From NCBI RefSeq assembly GCF_009834535.1, contig NC_045697.1, positions 54,376,001 to 54,440,000 on the forward strand: a DNA stretch of 64,000 nucleotides, in the 5' to 3' direction. Within the stretch, counting starts at the first letter, position 1, and the number at the start of each line of letters is the position of its first letter. The notes beneath the pieces are model-generated. The model ran no database searches. It was not told where the DNA came from and saw nothing but the letters and a program-made list of their open reading frames with translations. This document shows positions 27,600 through 38,245 of the stretch, in pieces. This stretch comes from Camelus ferus. Taxonomy: Eukaryota. The translations under genes were made by a program, and so were the position numbers.

Positions 27600-30480
27600 G
27601 ACTGGAAACAAGTGAGCTAGAGACAGAGGGATCTACTAAAATATTTTGCCTGAGAAAGGATATAAGGGCTTCAACTAAGTAAGAATAAAGAGAATAAGAC
27701 AGCTGAGTTAACAAGACTATGGGACTGATCAAATGTGAGGAAGAAGAAAAGGAGGAATACACGCTAGCTCCATAGTTTTCCCTGAGCAACTGGAGAGAAG
27801 GTGTACAGGAGAAAGAGTAGATTTAAAGAGAATAAAAGTTCGATTTGAAGTGTGCTAAATTTTAGGTGCCTGTGGAATATCCAGGTACATATGTCCAAAA
27901 TGGCATTGTAAATGAAAACCTTGAGCTCAGGATAAAGTTCTCGCTAGAGATATATACCTGAAAGTCATTGTCACCTGGGTGGTAGTTAAATTCATGAGCA
28001 TGGATACAACAGCTTAGATAAAGTGTGTACAATAAGAAGGCACTACATAACAGAACTCAGGTACACACACTTTTAAGGGGCCAACATTACAAGATACAAA
28101 AGATGAGAAAACAAAAAGCATAAGAAATTGGTCTCATAGGAGTCCACGGATCAGAAAAAAAGAGGGTAGTTAATAGTGACACATGCCATCAAGAAGTCTA
28201 TTAAATTCAACAATTATTTATTGATAATGTTTGGAATGGTACATTGGTGGAAAAACCATTTAGAAGGAAGCTGAGTAAAAGATTTTTAGTTTGATGAGAT
28301 CTCGTTTAATTTTGCTTTTGTTGCCCTTGCCTGAGGAGATGTATCCAAAAAATATTCCTAAGACCAATGTCAAAGAGGTTACTGTCTATGTTTTCTTCTA
28401 GGATTTTTATGGTTTCAGATTAAGTCTTTAACCCATTTTGAGTTTACTTTTATATATGGTGTAAGAAAATGGTTATTTTATTCTTTTGCATGTGGCTGTC
28501 CAGCTTTCCCAATACCATTTATTTGAAGTGACTGTCTTTCCCCCGTTGTATACTATCCTTGCCATATGAAAAGGTGCTCAACATTGCTAATCATCAGAGA
28601 AATGCAAATCAAAACCGCAATGAAATATTACCTCACACCTGTCAGAATGGCTATTATCAAAAAGACAAGAAGCAAATTTTGGCAAGAATGTGGAGAAAAA
28701 GGAACCCTTGTGCACTGTTGGTGGGACTGTAAATTGGTGAAGCCACTACATTCCACTACTGGAAAACATTTAAAAATAGAACTACCATATGATCTAGCAA
28801 TTCCACTCCTAGGGATTTATCTGAAGGAAACAAAAAAAACCCACTAATTTGAAAAGATAAATTACCCCTATGTTCATTACAGCATTATTTATAACAGTCA
28901 AGATGTGGAAGAAACCTAAATGTCCATCAATAGGTGAATGGATTAAAAAGATATGTATAAATATGTATACAATGGAATACTACTCAGCTATAAAAAAGAA
29001 TGAAATGAAATCATCTGCAGCAACATGGATGGACCTGGATGGTATTATACTAACTGAAATATGTCAGACAGAAAAACAAATACCATATGATTTCATTCAT
29101 ATGTGGAACTAAAAAACAAAACAAAACAGAAACAGACTCACAGGTACAGAAAACAATATGATGGTAACCGAGGTGGGGGAGGGCAGGGGACAGATGAAAT
29201 AGATGAAGGGGATTAAGAGGTACACACTTCCAGCTATAAAATAAATAAGGAAGACATAATATACCCATAGGGAATATAGTCAATAACATTGTAATAACTT
29301 TGGTGACAGATGGTAACTGGACTTAGTGTGGTGATCATTTCATAATGTATAAAAATATCAAATTACTGTGTTATACACCTGAAACTAACATAATATTATG
29401 TTAATTATAACTCAAAAAAAAAGTAAGTTGAGAATGGAATGAGAAATTAGAAACATCAATATAAATTACTACTTCAAGTTGCAGAGCTATGAAAAGAAGA
29501 TAATTAGGGCAATAGAGGAAGTCTTAAAATCCAGAAAAGTTGTCATTTTTCAGGTAGGCAAGACCAAAAAAAAAAAAAAAAGTATGTCTGGAGGGAAGAG
29601 ACAGTGGAGAAAATGAAGACATATTAGGAAAAAACAAATAAACAAAACAATTATTCATAGAATAAGGTCCTTGATCCAAAGAACAGATGGGAGGATTAAC
29701 CTTGGAAAGAACCAAATACAGCCATTTGTCTGAAAAGGAGAGTAGAAACAGATGTGAACTGGTGGAGGTGAGCTGAAGGAAAGAGATGATGGGAAGTAAT
29801 TGTTTAATGGGTATAGAATTTTAGTTTTGCAAGATGAAATAATTTCTGGAAGTGAATAGTGGTGATGATCACACAATATGGTCATTGAATTATATACTTA
29901 AAATGGTAATTTTTATGTTATGTGTATTTTAGACAATTAAAAATAATGATTTTTTAAATTATGAAATGAGAAAAATTTGGATTGGCTGCTCTTAAAAATG
30001 AGAAAGGAATATGGCTAAGGACACACAACTGTTGGGGAGAGGTGTTGGTTTGAGGATGTAAATTTATAACATGGTTTTCAGTGTATAGTTGGCCCAGATT
30101 ATAGTGAAGAAGAAGGTAAGGAGCTAAGAATCTTGCTGAAAGAGTAGTGGATAAATTATGCAATATAGTCACATAAAGAAAGATGGGAAATAGGAAGTAA
30201 GAGAAAAGAGAGGAGTCAAAAAGTTGGCATTCTTAATGAGGTTGAAGCCACATGTAGAGTGAAAAGAAGTAGAGTAAAAATACTGCAGTCATAATGCTAA
30301 TAATAGTGTTTCAGAGGTGGAGCTATTCCAGGTGATGACAAGGAGTGACATGGAAATGTTTAATAAATATGTAAATAATCAAAATCAAAGAAACCAAAAG
30401 ACTATGGTTTCATCAAATGGGTGTTGAAATTATCCAGGATGATGGAAAAGATTTGAGCACAGGAAAATCCAGATGCCATG
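27600..30480 (-). mobile_element. L2 fragment interrupted by younger L1 insertions
   Basis: Purine-rich L2 antisense motifs (aggtgcctgtggaatatccaggt; ggtggtagttaaa) on both sides of the L1 at 28275-29422. Confidence 0.55.
28275..29422 (+). mobile_element. 5'-truncated, 5'-inverted L1 (ORF2 C-terminus, 3' UTR, poly-A)
   Basis: ORFs 28566..28847 and 28870..29112 translate as the L1 ORF2 C-terminus ([37 protein letters not shown]); 28275-28552 is upstream ORF2 on the minus strand; A-tail at 29414-29422. Confidence 0.93.
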
Positions 30481-31136
30481 GTGTTCCATCATTCTGGAAA
30501 AATGGCCTAAACATCAGTAAATGAAAACCATATGGAGTGTAGAGGGTAGTTTAGTCAAATTATACAATTCTGAAAACTGGAGGGATGTTTCCACAAGATT
30601 TAAAGAGCAGTAGTCCAGTGCTGGTGGTGGATATATATAAACTTTTTTCCTCAATATATGCCTGAAAATAGGAGAGTTTGGGGAGGTGATCAGAGAGTTC
30701 CTCAGCATACTGTTATGGCATTAGCAACAATATCATAAATATCTCTTTTGGGTAATTATTCAGTTTAAGTTTTTCATACTTTTTTAAAATTTTTGTACTG
30801 TTATATCCAAGATATAAACTTTTATGTTTGATTTAAATAAATGATTATAGAATTCAAAAATATTCTTGACTAGAATCATTTTAATATTGAAATTTTAACA
30901 TTGAAATGTTGAATTCTTAAAATTTTAAAATTGAAAATCAAAATGGAAATATTTTTAAAATAATTAAAATAACATCTTAATATTGAAATATAAAAATTTT
31001 TTAGTGTTGAAAATTTTTAATATTGAAATACATTTTTTCCCTTCTTCTGTATCTCCTTGTCTTTACTGTAGAAGAGAAAAATAAGCAGTGTTCACCTTTA
31101 AATTACAGTAATTGCATATACTTTTTCTCTTTCTAG

Positions 31137-31298
<162 letters not shown>

Positions 31299-31636
31299 TG
31301 CAGAAGTGCTTTATAGATGAAAATTCAAATTTTATACCCTTGTTGTAAATATAGCTGTAATTCCTAAACCATATTTAATTAGAATCACCTCTCTTTATGC
31401 ACATTTAATTTGCAAATTTAAACATATATAATTTTAGAACTGTGAAAATTTTTTTGTATATTAGACTTTGACAAGGGTTTAATGACAGTAATGGGCCACA
31501 ACACATCATTTCCCCTTTTATCCTTTTCCAGACTGATGGGAATTATGAGTAAATATGGATTATGGGTTACCAAGGAAGTCTTCTCTAATTCTTTGCAGAT
31601 CCAGGTCCCTTGGAAAATCATAGACTAGATGTTAGC

Positions 31637-31642
31637 AATAAA
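31637..31642 (+). terminator. Candidate polyadenylation signal of TMPRSS11C
   Basis: First AATAAA I saw after the stop codon (~340 nt downstream). Usage unproven. Confidence 0.35.
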
Positions 31643-32978
31643 CTCCCCTCCGAGTGTATAAATAATCCCCTGCTGAATCACAAGGACTCCACAAGATCCA
31701 CATATCTGTAGGTTGTAGCCTAGGAAGTTGCAATAATACTGCCTATAAAATTTTTTCAGGAAACTGTACCTGTTTTCTTTCTAGTCTTTGTACCAATGCT
31801 ATCCCTTCTCTTTTTATGTCTTCCTCACCTTAAGTGACGCAAAACAGGCTGATAATCCCATGGAGTGCTTTGATAGATCCCGATGCTTGTTGATTTGTCC
31901 CTATTTCTCTTTCATATAAAAATGAGGCCATTCACTGTCATCACCGGTAAGGTGAAGACAACAATGGTCCTGACCTCTAGGGCTGTTGTAAGGATAAATG
32001 TACTCATACGTGTAACATGCTTAGAAAAGTGCCTGATACAGTAAGTACCCAGTAAATGTTAAATATTATTAATAGTGTCATTATTGCCAAAATCAATGAG
32101 CAGAACTAGATTCATAGTTCTTTGAACTTCTTAAATACATCAAATGTCACTCACCTTCTGCTTCACTTACCCACTTCCACAGCCATATCCTGTACTTTAG
32201 TCTTACTCAGAACAGCTTCACACATCTGGAATCTTAAATTCAAGTTTTTATCTACATTACTTCCTTATAGCAGAGTGATTCAGTTATACATCCATCTGAC
32301 TAATACAACATTGTAAATCAACTGAACATCAATGAAAAAATAAATAATATAAAATTTAAAAATTATTGTGAGAAAAAAGAAACAAATAATGAAGCATTTA
32401 CACGCCAGTGTTTTGTTTTGCTTTTTTTTTCCTTTCCCTAAATGTAGAAGGCAAAAGACAAAATATACTTCGGTATAATCAGATCTTACCATGAACATTT
32501 TTTCCTTTCTTCTTCTGGTTGCTGGCCCACATATAATAGCTTTTCAGGTTTATAAGGACTATCCAGTGGTACCTTGTTTTGTCTCAAGCATATGGCCCTG
32601 ATCAGATTAACTGACATGATGTATATGCAAAACTTTTTGAGTCCTTCAGAATAATTATCTGTTATAATCAGGACTGTGTGATTTTAAGGAACCAATTATA
32701 GCTAATACAGTAGGTATAAAATTTGTCACAGAATCAGATGTGAAAAAATGCCTTTGTTTAATATTCCACATAAATATAACTTCACTCCCCTAAAATCTAA
32801 ATAGCTGAGGGCTCAACAAATATATTTCTTTCAATCTATTGTGAACTTGTAGATTAAAATGCTATTTTCTAATGTTATAAATATTTTAGTTTGTAATATA
32901 GTTTAACTTATTTGGGTGTTCTAGTGGGAATTTTGATTTTTCTTTAACGATCTGATTTTGCTTATTGATTCTTACTTA

Positions 32979-33751
32979 CAGTGACCCTTATTATGTGCAA
33001 ATTTATCTATTTGCTAAAATTTATTTGTAACCCCAAAATCATATTTGCAGAGATTTTATAATTATTCCCAGACATGTGCATTCACAGAGTTTTCACTTTG
33101 CCCAGGGAATTTCCCAGCTAAGTGTCAACAAGGCAATGTTCTGCCTTCTAGTTTCAGCAATTATATTACAAGCAAGCATCCATAAAAAGGAGGAGGAACT
33201 TTGCTGATCTGTAACTAAGGCTTCTCCAGAGTGTGCCAAAGTGAAATGTATAATATGTGAAGAAGCCATGGAAAAGCTGGAAAAGTTAGGAAACTTATGG
33301 ATTCATGAGATGAAGGCTCATTTTTTTTTAATGTTGTAGACAGCATTGTTTGAGGCTGAAAGCCAAAGAAATTTATGGTAACTGGCTTGCACATTTCAAA
33401 AGGTGACACAGTGTGAAAATGTCAAATTGCAGGTGAGGCAGTTTCTGTATATCAGGGATCTTAGGAAGAATTTTTTTAATGAAGTATAGTCAATTTACAA
33501 TATTAAAGAATTTTTTAAATATCTCCTATGTGTTATGGGGTTATGTGGAAAAGCAGGTGTTCAACACCAATGAGTTTTGGCTTGTTTGACAAGAACACTG
33601 GCATATAAAACTAAATGATGCAAATGGTGTTATTGGCTTGCAGAAACACAAACCCTGTATTTTCACTAGGAACAACGGTTCTGTATTCACTAATTTAGCA
33701 CTCATGGCAACTTTACAGAACATAACTTCCACAAATAATGAGAGTTGACTG
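32979..33751. mobile_element. Tigger-family DNA transposon (MER82/Tigger6-like)
   Basis: ta|cagtgacccttatt...tgctaaaatttatttgtaaccccaaaatc at the start and aataatgagagttgactg at the end (inverted termini). Confidence 0.7.
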
Positions 33752-35099
33752 CATTGTATATTGATGCTATATCTTTGCTTTAAAATCCATGTGCTACATT
33801 TTTCTAAAAAACATAGTCCTCTTGATTTCTGCCTCATCTGTTCTTCCCACTAATTTTTCTAAAACAGTCCATTTCAGGACCGGAATAATCCATTAAAAAA
33901 TATTTCCAAACCCTTCAGAAAGCCACTTACAAAGCCAGAGTCCATGTCCTGCAGTATAATATTGAATCCAAGTCTGAAAGTAGTGAGAAAAGCCAATATT
34001 TCTGATCATGTGGTGACAACCAAAGGGGAACCCAAGTAAGCTACTGACCTAAGTGGCTCAAGACCTAGGAGCCAGCACAGAAGGAGCTGAGGAGGCACTG
34101 AGGGTACATCCAGTATGCTTATCTAATCTTCTGTAGTACCCAGTAAGCTCCTTTGGGCCTGGATGATGCCATAGGCACATTTTAATCACCTGCCAAGGCC
34201 AAGCGAGTTTACATAGCAGGTATTTAGTAACTATTTATTAAATAAATGTGTATAAGACAGAATAAATAAATAAATGAACCAACAAGAATGGGCCATCTAA
34301 ATCAAAATAGCCACTTTTACTTTCAAATTTATTCCCTTGTTTGGCTATAACAGAAGCAAGCTAGTTGACATAAGACAAGTCAAGCTGGTGATTTAATAAA
34401 TTCCAATCTAAGCCATACTAGTATTAGTAAACAACATCATCAAGCAGTCACCATGAAAGTTAAAGCAACAACGCAGAGAAAGTTTCTAAGTGGCCCTAGT
34501 GTAAAACGATCAGACTGCATATAAAGGAATATAAACAAATATTCACTTATAAACATATATGGTTGTGGTTACAGCATTTATACAATATTCTCTCCAATAT
34601 CCAGTTACCCTCTGCAATAATATGCAACAATGGCAGCACGGTATTTAGACATTTATAAAATCAAGGCGATTACAGAAAAAACAGTTAATGATTTTACTCT
34701 AATTTAAGCATGGATGATCTGACCTTTAAGATTGATTGAGAAATTTGAATGCAGCCCAATTTGTATTAGATCCAATTGATTCTGTTAAGGTATTAAATTG
34801 ATGTTTCACGGAGGATGGTTTGAAATAAACATATTTATCTAGTGTTTGAATGCTCTGCAGTGTGTGATTAAAAAAAAAAGAAATGTTTTTGAGAAATGTA
34901 TAAATTCTTCAAACAACAAATTTCAACTGGATCAAGTTCTTTTTTTAGTTTTTTTCTTTTTTATTTTGCATCTGCTGAACACAAGATGAACATTTAATAG
35001 TTTTGAGAAAACCTCTTCATTAAAGTTACTTGAATCTTACCAAGTGAATTTTAAATTCAAAAACTAAGCTTCAGACATCCTTCTTCATTTAGAAAAATG

Positions 35100-35387
35100 T
35101 TGTGAAAACCAGGCCATCTGCTGAGGTACTACAGTTACATTCGGCCCTCAGAGAGCGCTTGGCCAGCTCTGCGTCAGCGCTCTATTGGATTACAAGCCCA
35201 CAAAACAAGTTCACCTTGATCTTTCACTTAAAATATAAAACATCTCAGGGACAAACTTTGACATAAATATGTAAACCTGTGACGTTTCCATCTAAAGAAG
35301 GCTGAAATAAAACAGAACCTTTTGGTTCAAATACAATAAAACAACAGAAGCACCAGAAACAAGTCTTGACGCTCTCTGTCAGGAAGG
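35100..35387 (+). promoter_or_regulatory. GNRHR: GNRHR proximal promoter / 5' UTR
   Basis: CRE-like TGACGTTT at 35280-35287 (-108 from ATG); CAGGGACAA at 35246-35254 (-142/-134, as recalled for the human gonadotrope-specific SF-1 element); TCAAGGTGA on the minus strand at 35211-35219; E-box CATCTG at 35115-35120. Confidence 0.7.
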
Positions 35388-35909
35388 ATGGCAAACAGTG
35401 CCTCTCCCGAACAGAATCAAAACCACTGCTCAGCCATCAACAGCAGCATCCCACTGACACAGGACAACCTCCCCACCCTGACCTTATCGGGAAAAATCCG
35501 TGTGACAGTTACTTTCTTCCTTTTTCTACTCTCCACAACTTTCAATGCTTCTTTCTTGTGGAAACTTCAGAAGTGGACTCAGGGAAAAGAAAAAGGGAAA
35601 AAACTCTCAAGGATGAAAATGCTTTTAAAACATTTGACCTTAGCCAACCTGTTGGAGACCCTAATTGTCATGCCACTGGATGGAATGTGGAACATTACTG
35701 TGCAGTGGTATGCCGGAGAGCTCCTCTGCAAAGTCCTCAGCTACCTGAAGCTTTTCTCCATGTATGCCCCAGCCTTCATGATGGTAGTGATCAGCCTGGA
35801 CCGCTCCTTGGCCATTACGAGGCCTCTCACTATGAAAAGCAACAGCAAGCTCGGACAGTTCATGACTGGCTTGGCCTGGCTCCTCAGTAGCATCTTTGCT
35901 GGACCACAG
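35388..35909 (+). CDS. GNRHR: Type I GnRH receptor, coding exon 1 (aa 1-174, N-terminus to TM4)
   Basis: MANSASPEQNQNHCSAINSS...LDRS...FAGPQ; 522 nt; donor CAG|gtaaac. Confidence 0.99.
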
Positions 35910-35984
35910 GTAAACCAGTATCATCAACTTGTTAGGGTATGGAGATCCAGAGTTCCTATCTAAACTTGAATGAAGGCCTTATCA

Positions 35985-36225
35985 AAGGCAGTATTGTATT
36001 ATCTCTTAAGAGCTTGGGCTCTGGAAGTCAGAGTAGAATTTAATCCTAGCTTTGCTCTTTTACCTTGAGCAGATATCTTAATCTCTCTGAGTTTCAGTTT
36101 ATTCCTTTATAAAATGGAGGTAATGCCTACTTTATGCACCTTTTGTGATGATTCAACAAGCTGTGTGTTAAAGTGTCTATCATAATCTCTGGCACATAGT
36201 AAATGCTCCTCTAAAGTGTAGCTAT
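35985..36225. mobile_element. MIR SINE fragment in GNRHR intron 1
   Basis: ggctctggaagtcaga...tctctgagtttcagttt...tggcacatagtaaatgctc. Confidence 0.7.
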
Positions 36226-37983
36226 TCTCCAGTTTGACCTAATCCCCATTCTATTCTTCCACCTATTTTTCCTTTTATTCTGATTGACATGGTAAATTGA
36301 GAGAATCTTTAGGAATGATGAAATTTGCATAGGTAGAATGTACGCATTACTTGTTTTATATGGGTCTTCTTGAGTCTTCTGTCATTGCAGATCAGAGAGA
36401 AATAGTCCTGATTAGTACTTTGTTCTGCAGTTTGCAGCTGTGTGGGACTGAATAGAGAGAAAATGTAGGAAATCTTAGACTTTTGGAAATTTAAATATTT
36501 CTCTGAGGTTGACTTGAGCTTTTCTGGAGGTGGGTTAGACTGTAACAGGCTGTTAACAAAAGTATGAGACTGTCTGTGCAGGCACAGGCCCTCTTCTAGA
36601 GGAGGCAGACTTCTCTCCAGACTGTTTTCATTACAGGTAACCTGGTTAATTGACCTGCAGAATCTGCCTTAGCAATAGTCAGATCTCCAAAGAAAAGGAC
36701 ACATTCTTGAAAATGGCAAAGATCCTTTAATAACAGATGAACAGGTTGTCTCTATGCTTGTAAATGTACTGTATGATGAATCCAGGGTACAAGAATATGT
36801 CAAGAATTAAAGTCAGAATTTCCCAAGATCCTCAAAAACTTGCCACTACAAATGGAAATGTATCTAGATGTTCTAAACTGGCCAGGTGACTTAAAAACAA
36901 ACAAACAAAAACTGCCACATAGGACTCACAAAATAGTGCAAGGTACTAGAAAGCTAGACAACTAAATTCTCCTACCAATTCCTCCCTTAACATTTTTTGA
37001 ACAGCAGTATGTGTTTTATGACAGGAGAAATGGGAAAAACCAAAATGTTTTTATTTCTGTGGAGGAAAGTATATTACAGTTATTCTTACAAGGGTTGCAT
37101 ATACAAGAATTAGTTTAGCAAATATGTCACTTAAAATGAGTTTACTTAGCAAAGGCTTACACTCTGAAATTTTCCATTTTATTTCTTTAAAGTATGAGTG
37201 CTGCTTATTGTCTAGTTTTCTTAGAGAAGATAAACACAAGTTAAGTGACTAACACTGAGCCTGGTAATCATGAAGCAATGAAACACTGTCAAAGAAAGAA
37301 AATGTCATTCAGTTGTAGAGGTAAAAATTATGCAAAACAAATACAACTACGTACTAAAAAGTCTTTAAACCTATTACAAGTGTCAGAAGAGAGAGAAATG
37401 AACAAGAGTAGAAATGGTGAAGGTTTTACAGTAAAGATAGGATAAACTGAGTTTTTAAGGATGAGTCGTATTTGAATGGAAAAAATAATCCAAGGATAAC
37501 ATGTAGTTTTCAGCAAAAGTTAAGGGAATAATTTTCATAGGAGTCTTGTTTGACTGTAGTAAAAGACCGAGAGTCAAGAGTAGCAGGAAATTAGATTCAG
37601 CGGCTGCTGCCGTTCCTTTGACCTTGGAGCACACTATTTTTTTGTCAGAAAACATTGGGATTATGTATTTGCTTGTCTCTGCCATTATGGTATATGTTCT
37701 TACAATAGTGAAGAGTGTTGTGTTCAATTTAATTAATATTCACAGTACTTAATAAGATACCTAACAAAAACAGAAATTTAAAATGTTTGGATACTTTGGT
37801 TTCTCTTTGGATGAAATAAGTCTGTCAGTGCTTACTAAAAAAAAAAATTTTTTTTTTTGAAGAAATGAATCAGTAAATGCGGGTGGGATGGATGGATGTA
37901 ACAGAAGACATTGCTAGCCAGGGGAAATTCTAAAAGTAATGTGGAAGCCATATAACCTAGGTGAGTCCTGTGCAAGGAGTAAA

Positions 37984-38245
37984 TTTTTTTTTCCGGTTTT
38001 ATTGAGAAATAATTGACACACATCACTGTATAAGTTTAAAGTGTACAGCATGATGGCTTGATTTGCATATATTGCAAAATTATTGTCACAGTAGATTTAG
38101 CTAATATTCATCATCTCATCCAGATACAATAAAAAGAAAAGAAAAAAGAAAAAATCTTTTTCTCCTTGTGATGAGAACACTTAGGATTTACACTCAGCAA
38201 CTTTTCTATACAGCACACAGCAGAGTTAACTGTGTTGTACATTAT
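37984..38245 (-). mobile_element. L1 3' end, antisense
   Basis: Poly-T, then ttattgagaaataattgac...gtgtacagcatgat...gtgatgagaac. Confidence 0.75.

Noticed and set aside
28566..29112. Two ORFs with strong protein similarity
   Set aside because: Broken L1 ORF2 C-terminus from a truncated, non-autonomous copy.
35366..35890. 174-aa ORF overlapping GNRHR exon 1 in another frame
   Set aside because: Starts at TTG, has no in-frame ATG and no recognisable homology; likely a shadow of the real CDS.
35910..35963. Read-through extensions of exon ORFs into introns (also 25794-25961 and 46449-46468)
   Set aside because: Consensus donors precede them and similarity stops at the donor; no evidence for intron-retained isoforms.
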